From assembly GCF_009914755.1 (NCBI RefSeq), contig NC_060936.1: a DNA stretch of 64,000 bases, one strand, 5' to 3'. Numbering within the stretch: position 1 is the stretch's first letter; each line of letters begins with the position of its first letter. The notes below the pieces were generated by a model. That model did not search any database, was not told the DNA's origin, and was given only the letters and a program-made list of their open reading frames with translations. The DNA comes from the human T2T-CHM13v2.0 reference genome, Homo sapiens. This document shows, piece after piece, positions 17,785 to 32,999 of this stretch. Both the position numbers and the translations under genes were made by a program.

Positions 17785-17915
17785 TCTTTATTTTAATTTG
17801 TTTGTTTTTAGAGATTGGGACCCCCTGTGTTACTCAGGCTGGTCTCAAATTCCTGGCCTTAAACGATCCTCCCACCTTGGCCTCCCAGAGTGCTGGAATT
17901 GCAGGTGTGAGCCCA
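17785..17915 (-). mobile_element. Alu left monomer (FLAM-C-like)
   Basis: Single antisense arm CAGGCTGGTCTCAAATTCCTGGCC...GCAGGTGTGAGCC. Confidence 0.85.
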
Positions 17916-18140
17916 TCATTTATTCTTTTGAGTTCTCTAGGCATGGGAAAAATAATTTTTCTACTTATTTCCCATTTCTATACTGGATAGTATTTTCTGA
18001 AAAGCTGAGTAATACTGGAGATACTGGGTATCCTTGTCATGTTCCCAATGGTAATGAGAATTTTTCTACCATCTCATCATTAGGCATGAGGTTCTTTATG
18101 CCTACTTTACTAAGATTTTGTATCTTAAAAAGTCAGGTAT

Positions 18141-18437
18141 GGCTGGGTGCAGTGGCTCATGCCTGTAATCTCAGCACTTTGGGAGGCCGAGGCAGGTGGA
18201 TCATGAGGTCAGGAGTTCAAGACCAGTGTGGCCATGATGGTGAAACCCCATCTCTACTAAAAATATGAAAATTAGCCAGGCGTGGTGGTGGGTGCCTGTA
18301 ATACCAGTGAATAGTTTCTACTCAGGAGGCTGAGGCAAAGAATTGCTTGAACCCAGGAGGTGGAGGTTGCAGTAAGCTGAGATTGCGCCACTACACCCCA
18401 GCCTGGGCGACAGAGTAAGACTCCATCTCAAAAAACA
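18141..18437 (+). mobile_element. AluS (Sg-like)
   Basis: Full dimer; TSD AAAAAGTCARGTAT; ~10-bp internal insert near 18308. Confidence 0.93.
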
Positions 18438-18479
18438 AAAAAGTCAAGTATATATATCCTTTATGGATATAATTAATTA

Positions 18480-18808
<329 letters not shown>

Positions 18809-20227
18809 TAGCATGTAGGGCCTTGAACTTTTTATTATTTTGTTACTTGACTCATAAACATAAATTATATAAATATATTTATTAACTTTGAACCATTTTT
18901 GCATTCTAGAATCTCTTGACTTGGTTATGGTGTAATACTCTTTAATATATTATCCAATTATAGTTGCTAAAATCACACTTAAGATTTTAATGCCAACATT
19001 CATAAATGAGCTTGGTCTTTTCTTTTTAGACTCTATTTAGGTCAGATTTATGTATAAATATTATGCTGACTTTGCCGAACAAGCCTTTCTTTTCACAGCC
19101 CCTTTTTCCCCCATGCACTCTTGGAAAGTTTAAATAGTATTGAAATTAATTTTTCCTCAAAAGTTTTAAGGATTTCTCTTATGAAACATGGTACTTTTAG
19201 GCAATTTAGGATTTTGGTAAGTTTCTCAATTTATCCCATAGTTATCAGTCTGTTTTCTGTCTCTTCATGGTTCAGCTTTGGTGATTTTTTTTTTTCCAAA
19301 AAAAATTATTTGTTTTCAGATTTATTTGCTTTCAACGTTGCAAAGACTTTATTAGGAGCCTTCCTATTTCCCATTCCTCAGATTTCTATTGATGGAAGAG
19401 AATGTATGAGTATGATATTTCTGACTGCTCTGTCACCCTTGCTGCCTCTCCCCAAGGGAGGGGGAGTGACTTCTCTGGCTGTGAAACTGGGCGCTTAGCT
19501 GAACACGAGTGGCTTGGCTTTATCTCTTTCAAAGGAGCTGCTCCTCAGAATTCACATGCTCCCTTTGGTTCAAGGAGACTGGCCTGGCCCTGCAGGGCCT
19601 GACTGTGGATTGGACGGTTTTTTATCCAAATTCTCTGGAGTGTTTGGAAGCTCATTGGGTTGCGATTCTAAGCCTTATATTGTAATCAGCTTAACAACAA
19701 CAGGTCTGACTTTTGATCTTTATTGATTTAATGCCTCACTCTTAGTTCTCCATATTTTCTCGCTTGGGAGGAGGAAAGAGTGGTTTTATTCATTAGGACC
19801 TTCAAACCCTTAATATTGATTTTAATAGATGGCTAAGGACTAGAATTTAGGGGATAAAATAATACATAGAAATGGAACCTTCTTAAAGGCCAGCTTGGGT
19901 AGTTTGGGACTATGTCAGGACACTAGGTATTTGAGAAGTGGTTTATAATCACTATCGTCCTGTACCTGGTCTTCACCTGGCATGGGCCTCAGTGTGGGGA
20001 GAGAGAGAAGGCACCTCTGTAGCTCATTGACACCAAATGCTACACCTTTGCTTTCACCAAAGCAAGCAGCTAGGACAAGGATTAAATGATCAGAAAAGAA
20101 CCTTTTAGTTTCAGTTAAAGCAGATTGAGATTCAGTGTGCAGATTTTGTAAGTATTGTGGGTGCAATGAATTTCTCTCTGTAACTTTTTATTCTCAGCAA
20201 GGACTGCAGAGAGCTAAGTTATATAAG

Positions 20228-20385
20228 ATCTCTCAAACTTAGATGTGCAAACAAATCTCTCGGGGGGTCTTGTTAAAGTGCAGATTTGGATTCTGTAATT
20301 CTGGGGTAGAACCCAAGATTTTGCATTTCTAGCAGGTTTCAGGTGATGCTGCTACTGCTGATCTGAGAGATGCACATTATGAGGT
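20228..20385. mobile_element. MER5A-family DNA transposon relic
   Basis: TCTCAAACTTAG...CTTGTTAAAGTGCAGATT...TTTGCATTTCTAGCAGG...AGGTGATGCTG. Confidence 0.75.
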
Positions 20386-21779
20386 GTTAGACTTTGCTTA
20401 GCAGACCCCACTTTGATTTCTTCTTATCTTGTTTTGAACAGCATTCAAGGTGAAAGAAGCCATTTTGGACTCATGCAGCTTGTCCTAGGCTTTGGGTTCA
20501 GATTAACCTCCGCCATGTGGCCCCCAGTTGGCGCTGCATGTGCTAATCACATAAATTCTGATCTGGCTTCAAATGTCAGTGACCTAGGCTATCTCTTTAC
20601 TATGCAGAAGTGGTAGATTTCATTAATAAAAAAAATTAAAGGTAGACTGAACTTTTGTCGTATAGCAAATATGTCATCTTCTTGGTTTGAAATGGAGAAA
20701 CAATTCAGTGAATGTATTTCAAATTTGCAGGCTAAAGCAGGCGATTTTAGAAGGCTTGTGCCTGGAATACTCTGAGAATCATTTTTCCTGGGGAAATCAA
20801 GGAGGAACTAGATTAGTATTTAAAAATATGCTTTCCACTACCATTGGTATTTAAAAATATGCATGCCCACTACCATTAAAACAGGGATTATGGGCAAATG
20901 AAAGAAAAATTAAGGAAGACAGACTTAAGAAGAGAGTTTCCCTCTGAGAAAAAGTCAGACCTTACAGGATAGACTAGCTACATATATAGAACATATATAC
21001 ACTCATATCCAACTGCTTTTAAATATAGGCTTGCAAAAGGAAAGATATTTTGGTATTTATCTGAATAGAGAGGGGTTGCTAGAGAATAGAGAAATCTAGA
21101 CAAGAATTAGAAGAAGCACTGCTCAGATACTAAGAGCAAAGAAGGTCCAAGAGTGCTAGCATTATACAAGATTGAGAAAGAAAGGAAGCCCCTTAAGAAG
21201 GAGGTTAAGCAGTTAAAAACCTTAGCTAGGCCCTCCTGAAAGGAGAGAACCCCAGCGGGGAAGAACACAGTCCACTGCAGGTAAAGCTGCGGCAGAATGA
21301 TCATCACTGTAAGCCCAGGAGATTCAGAAGCAGAGGAAAGAAAGGGCCTTCAGGAGATCAGGACGGTTATTAGCCCTCATGAAAGCCCTTAGGGCACAGG
21401 CTTCAGACAGCCTCATAGGCACTCCTGCTCGGAAATTGGCTGAGAGATCCTCTAGCAGAAACACATGTGAAGACAAGGAGAAAAACTGTTCCTTGGAGCC
21501 AGGTGTCATGGGCTTCAGCAATCACATTCCAAGAGACAGCAGTAGCTGCCACAGTGTTGCTGACAGGTGCTGCTGAGTCTCTGGGATGTGATAGACCCCA
21601 GTGGCATGTATCAGGTTCTACTAAGAACTAGTTCTGAGAATGTTATTTTGTTACATTAACTGCTCTAGGGGCTGTGGATTTACTTGAATTGTTTTAAACT
21701 TTGGCAGGTGTGAGGCTGGTGCGTCATATTTGAGATCTTTTAGTCCTTTGAACTTTCCACTTTTAATCAAAGAGAAAAC

Positions 21780-22810
<1,031 letters not shown>

Positions 22811-22829
22811 TGGATATGTTTTATTCTCT

Positions 22830-23700
22830 ATTTCAATGTAACTGGCACTTACCCCTAACTCCAGCCACTGCTGTGATGACCAGTTCTTTGCAGGCTTCAA
22901 CAAGCTTCACACTGGTGCACTGTGACAGTGTCTCTTCTCAGGCCTGCAGTGTGTACTATTTGCTCCTGCCTGTCTTAGTCAGCTCAGGCTACCGTAACAA
23001 GTACCATAGACTGGGGTGGCTTAGAAAATCCAGGATCATGGTGCTGTCCATTCGGATCCTGGTAAGGGCTTTCTTCCCGGTTTTCAAAAGGCTGTCTTCC
23101 CTCTGTGTCCTCACATGGCAGAGAGAGTGAACTTCAGTCTCTTCCTTTTCTTATAAGGACACTAACTCCATCATGGGGCCTCCACCCTCATGACCTCGTT
23201 AAAACCTAATTACCAACAAAGGCTCCACTTCCAAATAATATCACATTGAGGGGTTAGGGCTTCAACATAGGAATTATGGAGGGACACAAACCTTCAGTCT
23301 ATGACACTGTCCCAGGGCTTCTCTGAAGCTGCGGAGAGAGACTCTCACACAAACCCATTCAACATTCACGCACTTGCAGTGTAGAAATGCAAGGGAATTA
23401 ACTGTTTGGATACCCTCCATCAATAAAGCACAGGAAACACTAGATAAGTGCCTCTCGTTTCACACTCAGGTGGACAGTTTAGAGTCACAGTTTATGAAGA
23501 TTTCCAGAAGCCCCATCAGAATCCAGCTCTTGTTGCTCACAGTAGTGGCCAATTCAATGCTGCATTTCTTTATTGCCTTTTTCTCTTAACTTGTTTAACT
23601 CCCCCTGATTGCTACTCGTCCTCCTTGGGATCATGTTGTCAGACTACCTACAAAAAAGCTTTGTATCAGCTCTGATTTCAGGAGAACCCAAGCTAAGAAA
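22830..23700 (+). mobile_element. LTR16-family (ERVL) solo LTR split by MLT1A
   Basis: CCAGGGCTTCTCTGAAGCTGC...GGTGGACAGTTTAGAG...GAACCCAAGCTAAGA. Confidence 0.7.
22971..23306 (-). mobile_element. MLT1A-type MaLR solo LTR
   Basis: TGTCTTAGTC...CTATGACA termini; 5-bp TSD CTGCC/CTGTC. Confidence 0.88.
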
Positions 23701-23899
23701 ATATATATGCTTGCATATGTATAAAATAGTTCTAAAAAATAAAATATGTAACTAATTACCATTATTTACCTCTTTGATGGAGACAGAGCTATGAGAAGAA
23801 AGTCCTTATTTTTAGTATATGTCTTCCTGTACTTTTGAATTTTTAAAAAGGTGTACATGAATTATGTACTAAAGAGTTTTTTTAAAGTGTGACATTTTG

Positions 23900-25400
23900 G
23901 GTCACACCTTCACTCAAAATTTTCAGACTTTGCTGCATTATTTTGACATTGATAATTGCTGCAGTAAGATTTGAGGCCAGTCTCAGATACTTTTTTTCCT
24001 TATCAGTGACTTACTATTTCTGCCTTAATTGATGAAAAATTTATTCTTGAGTTTATATTTGATATTCAGCAACTTTACCAGGATATACTTTGTGTCAATG
24101 TTCTGTATCAACATCTCCCTAAACATATGTACTTTTAGTTTGCACATTTTCTCTTCCATTTTAGAAAATGTTTATTCCATTTTATCTTCAGGTTAGTTTT
24201 TTCTCTGTTCCATGAATTGGGTTGTCACCTTCAAAGACTCCAATTATACTTGTGTTGAAATGTCATTGTCTTCCCACTCTGTCGTCTTTTTATTTACTTT
24301 ATAGATTTCCTTTTCCTTTGCATTTAGTTTGCTTATTTTAAGCAAGTTTTTTCTTTGGTCTGTGTTACCAATGTTCTTAGCCATATATATATATGTATTT
24401 TCAATGCCCTTATGTTTCTAGTGCCATGTTAAGCATGGAGTAATTGGAACCAGAGAGCCAGATTTGAATCTTAGCTCCAAAGCTTTCCAGTTGTGTGACC
24501 TGAAGCAAATTATATAGCTTCTCTCTGAGGAGGTTTCTATTTTTAAGTATTCTTCTCTTACATAATTATCTACATCTCTGAGTAAGAGAACCTTTCAAGG
24601 TTTGTATTTCATAATAGGCAGTCGTACAAAGTCCACTTGGCTTCTTGAATTGCTGACAAAATTGTTTCTGGTGATTTCCAGTTCTTTGAAAGAGGCTACC
24701 CTCGCTCTAAGATTTGTTATTTTGGCTCTTCATTCAAGTCCTGCTGAGAGGCAGTATATTATAACAGCTGAAGAGCATGGGCTCTGAAATCATTCTGCCA
24801 GGTTCAAATCCTGGCTTTGCCCCTTTGGAGCTCTTTGGAAAGCTACTTAACCATTTGTACTTCAAATTCCTCATCTGTAAAATGAGAAAACAGTAACCCT
24901 TACCTTACAGTGTTCTTGTGAGGATTATATGCATAATGTACTCAAAATATTTTAACAGTGTCTGGCTCATAGTAGGCTCTTTGTAATTATTCAGTCTTAT
25001 AACTACTATTATGTGCTCATTTTATTTATTATTTTTATAATAGTGTTTTTGAGCCTTAATTTTTTATGTAGTTCTCCCATTATATTTTTCATCTTATATT
25101 GTTCTATCATCTTTTTTTGCCTGTCATTTTCATTGTTTTCCTATTCCTCTTAAGATTAGAGCACTCATAATGGGAAATTTTCTTCTGATCTATTCAGTTA
25201 TGTTTTCTCCCAGAAAGGATGGTTTATCTACCACATATATCCTTTTTTTGCCTTTTTAAAAATGATAACATCTTTTGCACAGTTGCCATGCTCTCCCTTT
25301 CTCCTTTCCATTTTTCTTGCAGTCAGCTTTATTAAGACCTTGTGTGTCTGTCTCATAAGTTTAGCTTGCTTGTAGAGTGTATTTTGTTTTCTGTGTCCTA
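23900..25400 (-). mobile_element. Ancient L1/HAL1-like ORF1 region with embedded MIRs
   Basis: T-rich antisense L1-like text (GATTTGAGGCCAGTCT...CAACTTTACCAGGATAT). Confidence 0.45.
24747..25010 (+). mobile_element. MIR SINE
   Basis: AAGAGCATGGGCTCTG...GGTTCAAATCCTGGCT...TTCCTCATCTGTAAAATG. Confidence 0.85.
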
Positions 25401-26829
25401 TGGCCCAGAGAATAGATAATCAGCAGTAATTTTGTTTAGATTCACCTTCTAGGGCCCTTTCTACCACTGTGGGGCTTTATCATATGTTAGTGGGTAGCAT
25501 CTTTAGACTTCAGATCATTTCCCCAATTCAAGATGGGGCCTTGGAAGCTCTACTTCTGACAGAAATGATTGTCTTAGGTGTTCATTATCTGGCATTGCTG
25601 TCCTCCCTCCAGCTGCCATTGCCATACTTAGCTAGTAGAGAAAAAAAAGAAATGCGGAACCACGAGTTGGCAAACACACATATTTTCAAGTCAAGTGGCT
25701 TCAGACAGGATGACTGTCATTTGGTAAGTGAAACTCTTTCTCCTGGGTCTCTTATTCCTTGGAAGTTTTCTCCTTACTTACCTGCGGTTTTCTATTCTGC
25801 TTCTATTCTATTCTTCTATTCTGTTTATAGCTACATGTACTTATCATGTTCCTACTTTGCTTTTGAGTTTCTTTCTTGCCAAAAAAAAATATGTATATAT
25901 AGTGTTAAGCTCCAGGAGGTTTTCCTGCTCCAAGGAGGTGTTGTGTGTACATGGTGGGGCACAGAGGTGTGCTACTATTTCCACGTGGTTTCCTTCAGGA
26001 TAATTATACTAGGCCCTCTGTTTAGTTTTCTTCAAATTAGTGGCAGGGGTAGGAAGGGAAGTTTAGGACCTTTGCTGTTTCCTAAAATATTGCTTCCCTT
26101 CTTTCTTTATTTCTGGTGGTGGTTTTTGTTTGTTTGTTTGTTTGTTTTTGCTAAATGCCATGCTTTTTGTCTTATTTGAGAGAGGCAAAGAGTAATGATA
26201 GAAGCTATCTTGAGAATGTAAGTTTTAAATAACCATGGTGCCCAATTTTCCACTTCATATATCTGTAAGGTAGACATCAAATTTCTGCTTGGATATTCTC
26301 TATGATGATCATTTATAATTTCAGTTACAGTCAGGCCATCTTACTGGGGAAGGGGAAGTAATTCTAATTAGTAATATTTTGTTTCTCTAAAATTTGACCT
26401 GAATACTGCCTTATTTTATCTTCTATGTATTGCACCTGAGTCTGTCACGTGGAATTATACAAAGTCAATTGAATAATTAAAGAGTTTACACATCTATATT
26501 TTCAGTTTTCTCTCCTGTGGGCCAGTGGTTCCTACCTCCTTCAATCCCCCTCATGTGATATGATTTCACAATTGCTCATTGCTCTCCTAGACCTATTGGT
26601 AAATATCCAGATATTAGATATTGGTAAACATCTAAATATCTAGATAATTGGTAAATATATTTTAAGATGTTGTGACCATAATGGAATACACCAATCCAGA
26701 TGGCTGGAAGAGGCAAATGAGTCTCCTGGTGTTGAACCACGCATATTAGTAGTCAGTAGCAAGGAGGATAGGACTCTCTGATTGTAGGTGGTGTCGCCTG
26801 AAGAAACAGGATGAAGAACATGTTTCATT

Positions 26830-27280
26830 AGTGTTTCGCGGTTGTATGCCTGAGAATCTAACTCTGGCTAATTGAATCAGAAAGGGAATGTATCAGAAGG
26901 GTATTGTGGATTTCACATAGTTGAATGAAAAACCAGAGAATCAGACTGGGAAATAAGACAGAAACCAGGACAAAAATTACCTGTTTGTTAAGGTATTACT
27001 GCTGGAAAAAATGAACTTCAGCAGTTTCTTCTATCTTCACAGCACTGTTTTCAGCAGACAGAGTCCTAAGTGGATGCCTGATTGGCTGATCCTGGGACAC
27101 GTGCCTGCTCACTGGATGTACTGAGGCTATGAGAAGAAGGATCTGGCAAAACAAACCTCAGGGACCTCATCAAGAAGGCAGAGGACCTGGACTAACCATG
27201 ACATCCAAACTGAACACAATTTTAGAGATAATTCCCACAGAAGAGACAGGATTTCTAGAAAATGGAAATAGCCCGCTCTT
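26830..27280 (-). mobile_element. Old MLT1 (K-N type) LTR
   Basis: AACTCTGGCTAATTGAATCAGAAAGGGAATGTAT...CTGATTGGCTGA...GGACACGTGCC. Confidence 0.55.
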
Positions 27281-27658
27281 GGAAAAGAATGGGCATTTAC
27301 TGAGATGCAACTATAAGCTGGTGAAATATAATTTTGTTTAAAATCATTTAATTTTATTCCACATCATTTTCCTTTGAAGATATTTGAATTGCCAGGGACA
27401 TTAATATTGTCAAGGAGATTTGCTGTTTCACCCAAATATGAGATGTCCACTTTGGGATTAGATCCCTGCCTCATTCAAATTTCCTTTTCCCTTAGTCTTT
27501 TCTTGAGTTACGGACATTTGTTCATTTTTTTCAACTTATTCAACAAGTATTTATTGAACAACTACTATGTGCCATATACTGTTTTTGGTTTGGTATGGAA
27601 AGCCTGTAGGAATCTCTGTTGTAATTTTGGGAATTTGCCCAACCTGCTCTTTAGGTGG

Positions 27659-28009
27659 TGCTATGAACTGACTTGTGTGCTCCCAAAATTTATCTGTTGA
27701 AGCTCTAAGCTCCAATGTGATGATATTTGGAGATGGGATCTTTGGGAATTAATTAAGGTTAGATGAGGTCATGAGGATGAGGCCCTTATGATGGGATTAG
27801 TGCCCTTATAAGAAAACACACCAGAGTGCCTGCTTGCTCTCTCTCTCTGCCATGTGAAGACACAGTATGAAGGCAGCTTATTGCAAGCCTAAGAGAGAAC
27901 CCTTGCCAGAATTGGACTTCCGGTCTCCAGAACCATGAAAACATAAACTTCTGTTGTTTAAGCCACCCAGTCTACGGAATTTTGTTCTAGAAGCCCAAGC
28001 TGACTAATA
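27659..28009 (+). mobile_element. MLT1A0 solo LTR
   Basis: TGCTATGAACTGA...GGTTAGATGAGGTCATGAGG...GTTTAAGCCACCCAGTCTA...GCTGACTAA. Confidence 0.9.
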
Positions 28010-28367
28010 TGGTTGGAGTCCAGTGCTTTGCGTGAAGAAGGTACATCTCTAAAACTAAACATTTTGCTCATTGAAGCTTGATCTGAAATAATTAAGACTT
28101 TGGTCGTGAAAATCTTAGACAGAATCCATTCAGTGACTACCTTTATTCTGAATTGGCAGGCAGGCAGTTCTGATAGATCTGAGAAGATTCTTTTGACAAC
28201 AATTTCTCCAACTTCAGATATGTTGAAAAACAAAATAAATATGTTAATAATTAACATGATGTAATGAACTTCAGTAGTAAATTAAGACTAGAAGAGATTA
28301 GGGGTACCAGGAATCTTGGTTGTAAAGTGGCATATATAAACATAGTTGCATCAAAACTTGCTAAAGT

Positions 28368-28892
<525 letters not shown>

Positions 28893-29365
28893 CTATAAAG
28901 CAGTAGTTTATTAAAGAATATAGCAAGAGGAATAGATTGTTGGAAGGATAGTTTGGTTCATCGTCAGAAACTCACTGCCTTATAGCCTATCCCTCCCTCC
29001 TTAAGAGGCATGCCCTTGTGGACTTAAAATTTCTTTGGCTCAACGCACAGGAACAGCTTAAGTTGTACCTCTTTTCAGTTGGTTTCATACCTTTGCAGAA
29101 CATCCAAGGGCAACATACATATCACTATTACATTTGGATGGGGGAAGTACTGACTCCACTTTGCTCATTTTAATCAATACTAGTCTCTTTTCCTATTTCA
29201 TACTCGATGTAATTTTGATAATATAAAAAAAACTTATAGTTCCTCTATTAGTATATTTATTGGAGGTACTTCGATACATAATTTCTATAAGCAACTTTAT
29301 TGAATTATGCATGTGGAACCAGATCTTAATGACAACCTCCTCTCTCTAACCTCTAACACATTTGC

Positions 29366-29890
29366 TGTAATGAGCAGGATAATGCACCCTGCCACACACA
29401 TACACACACACAAAGATGCTCACATCCTAATCTCTGGAATCTGGAAATATTTTATGTTTCATGACAAAGGGGAATTAAGATTGTAGATAAAGTTAAGGTT
29501 GTTAATCAGCTGTTGTTAAAATAGGGAGATCATCCTGGATTATCTGGATGAGTCCAGTGTACTCACAAGTTTCCTTGCATGTGAAAGATGGAGGCAAATG
29601 AATTTGTGTCAAAATGTGTGAGAAGGATGTGATCTGTCATGGCTGGCTTTGAAGATGAAGGGAGCCATGAGCCAAGGAAGGCAGGCAGCCTCTAGATGCT
29701 TGAAAAGTCGAGGAAACAGATTTACACCTAGACCTCCAGAAAGGAACACACCCCTGCTAACACTTTGAAATCAGCTCAGTGACACCCATGTTGGACTTCT
29801 GATCCCTAGGGCTATAAGATAGTAAAGGTTGATTGTTTTAAGCCACTACATTTGTGGTAATTTGTGACAGCAGCCATAGGAAACATATAC
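29366..29890 (+). mobile_element. MLT1D solo LTR
   Basis: CAAAGATGCTCACATCCTAATC...GGCTTTGAAGATGAAGG...TTTAAGCCACTACATTTGTGGTAATTTGT. Confidence 0.88.
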
Positions 29891-29898
29891 TTGCTATA

Positions 29899-30226
29899 CA
29901 GTAATCCCTTGGTATCCATGGGGAATTGGTTCCAGGACAACCCCCCTTCCCATGGATACCAAAATCTGCGGATGCTCAAGTTTCTTATATAAAATGGTGT
30001 AGTATTTGCACATAACCTATGCACATCCTCTTGTATATTTTAAATCACCTCTAGATTACTTATAATACCTATAATACAATGTAAATGTTATGTAAATACT
30101 TGCTATACTGTATTTTTAAAATTTGTATTGTTTTTTATTGCTGTATTGTTAATTTTTATTTTTCAAATATTTTTGATCCTTGGTTGAATAAACGAGCGCA
30201 GAACCCGCTGATACAGAGAGCTATTG
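29899..30226 (+). mobile_element. MER2 (TcMar-Tigger)
   Basis: CAGTAATCCCTTGGTATCCATGGGG...GGATGCTCAAGT...AAATGGTGTAGTATTTGC; TA at left flank. Confidence 0.88.
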
Positions 30227-31059
30227 TGCGTATTTTGTCTTATACCTCAAAGTTAAAGTAGGTATTTGTTTAGAGAGGTCAGGCAATTCAAGAACATGGC
30301 AATCTACCTTCTAGAATTCTGGTTAAAGACATTCAGGAATACAATATAAAAAGGTGGATCTCTCCAAATACTGATATTTGCATCAGAAGAGATTTTGGTT
30401 ATTCATATAATGATTGAAATGAAAACCACAAAGTCTAGTGAAGAAAATACCTTTTTCTTCAAATGTAGAACAGCTTTATGGAAGGTTTAAAATTAATTTT
30501 AAATTTCAGTTTCTTCTGAATAAATGGATCCTTGGAACCCTTTTGTTGTTTATCAGATTGGAGGACATCTAAAATGAAGCATGATGAAAATTCCATCCAT
30601 GAAAATAGATCTTTGCAAAATGTCATGGTAATTATTCCCAGTCTCAAGTCCATATGCAAAAGTCCAATATAGGTTTTTTTTTTTTGGCAACTGTAACAAT
30701 AGTATTTCCCATGTACCCAAATTGTGAGTCCTGCTTATTAGAAATAATTAAGATAATAATAATGCATTGCTCCTCACTCTGTCTGGTGTCTTTAGATGGA
30801 CCTGGCTGTCCACACACTGGTGTACCTGGAATGTGCAAAATCTGCTGCAGGAGTTAATGTCTTATCTCTGACTATTCTGATCTGACCTGTTGCTGTTACT
30901 TCTTTATTTCCTCAGTTCCTTCATAGGCTCTCAGACTCAGCTTTGATAATTTGCCCATGTTCCCCACACCTTTGTTCCCCATGCCATTGACTAGTCTATT
31001 TGGGACACACTTTCCTGTTTTCCCTTGGGACTTTAGGACCCCATTTTTGTATTTGCCTT

Positions 31060-31462
31060 TATCTTAGTCTGCTTGAGCTGCCGTAACAAAATACCATAGA
31101 CTTGGTGGTTTAAAAAACAGATTTATTTTCTCACACTTCTGGAAGCTAGAAGTCCATGATCAGGGTGCCAACTAGGTATAGTTCTGGTAAGGGTTCTCTT
31201 CCTGGCTTACAGATGGCCGCCATCTCCCTGTGTGCTCACATGATTTCTTCTTTGCATGAGCATGCATAGAAAGAGAGAGCAAACAAACAAGCTCTCTGGT
31301 GTATCTTCTTATAAAGGCACCAATCCCACCAGGAGGACCTCATCTTCATGACTTCATCTAAACCAAATTTTCTGCAAAAGGCCACATCTTCAAATACCAT
31401 CTCATTGGGGGTTAGGTCTTCAACACATGAATGGGAGGTTGGGGACAATTCAGTTCATCACA
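31060..31462 (-). mobile_element. MLT1A-type solo LTR
   Basis: LTR termini; perfect 5-bp TSD GCCTT (31055-31059, 31463-31467). Confidence 0.9.
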
Positions 31463-31609
31463 GCCTTTTTTGTCTCATGAAGCTTGATTCGAGGTAAAAG
31501 ACAACCAGAAGATGACTTTCAAATGGCGAAAACTTAATCTCATTGATTCTGTCTTTAAGGAATATGCTGCCTTTATTGTTTTCTTCAAATTGATAGCAAT
31601 GTATATTTT

Positions 31610-32190
31610 TAAATTATTATTTAATTGCATAACACTTAATATGAGATCTATCCTCTTAACAAATTTTAAGTGTACAGTGCATTATTTTTGACTATACATA
31701 CAATGTACAACAAACCTCAGAAGCTTATTTAACTTACTTAACTGAAACTCTACACCTGTTGATTAATAACTCCCACCTCCTCCTACTTCCAGCTCCTGGT
31801 AACCACCATTCCAGTCTTTGTTTTCTAAGTTTGACTATTTTAGATACATCATCTAAGTGGGATCATGCAGTACTTGCCTTTCTGTGTTTGGTTTTATTTC
31901 ACCTAACATAATGTCCTCAAGGTCAATCCATGGTGTTGCCTATTACAGAATTTCCTTCTTTTTTAAGGCCCAGCAGTTTTCCACTGTATGTATATACCAC
32001 ATTTTCTTTATCCATTTATCTGTTGATGGACATTTGTTTTCACATCTTAGCAATTGTGAGTAGTGTTGCAGTGAACACAGTAGTGCCAATATCCCTTCAA
32101 GATCCTGATTTCAATTCTTTTGGATACATACTCAGAAGTGAGGTTGCTGGATCATATAATAGAAACATATTTTTAAGGACCTTTTAAGGT
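31610..32190 (-). mobile_element. L1MA (MA9-like) 3' end
   Basis: AACACTTAATATGAGATCTATCCTCTTAACAAATTTTAAGTGTACA...CAAGATCCTGATTTCAATTCTTTTGGATA. Confidence 0.85.
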
Positions 32191-32999
32191 TTACCATGAA
32201 CATTAACTACTAATATTCTTTTTCTGTAAGATCTTTTATTTCACGAATCTGAATTCTTCTACCAAGGGGATTTTTAGGAATCAAATTCTCATAGTTGGTG
32301 AGAAACTGGTATATTAAGAATATAAATTAATTACATTGTATGATATTTGAGATTTTTCATTAGATATCATCTAAAATATCACATTAATATTCATTCATTG
32401 GCTTTTTGGTATAAATCTTACTTTTAAATCAAAGTATAGAAGAGATTTTGAGGGAAATGCTCTCAAATAGCATAGCATAGATGAGACATAATTGATTATT
32501 TTATTATGCTTCAGTGCCAATTGTCTTTAAGATCCAGTAGGGAAACAGAGGGTGGCATTAAAAAAGTTTGAGTTGTGATTCAAATACAAGGTGTCCAGAT
32601 GGAAACCTCTATATTAGAAGCACATTTTTCCTGCACAGTTTTATCTAAGATGGGCTGGAAGGGATCTGGAGACCTGCAGGAATGTGTTTAAGGATGGCAA
32701 AGATAAAAGTCTCTGAGTAATGTGGGAGGAAGACTGGGTGTTGATGGTGTTTCCTTGACTGCCGTGGTCCCAGTAGCTTCCTCCTCTTGAGTCTGGCTGT
32801 GTTCATTGTTAATGTCAGGAAATCAGGCAGCATTCTATGGAATGATGAAGAGGATCTCAGATAAGTGAGAATTAATTACATGGGATAGGCATTGCCTAAA
32901 AGCTGTCATTCTTCAGTTGAGTGCCTGCAGGGGACAATCGGATCCTCCTGCAGTATAATCACCACCTTACAGTGGAGTGACCTGATTTGCAAAAATACA

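Noticed and set aside
25469-26179. 236-aa ORF, the longest non-L1 ORF
   Set aside because: Non-ATG start, T-rich hydrophobic composition, no recognisable domain; consistent with chance.
29887-30108. 13-mer ATACTTGCTATAC both just before and inside MER2
   Set aside because: Short and AT-rich, and close to the MER2 consensus; could be coincidence.
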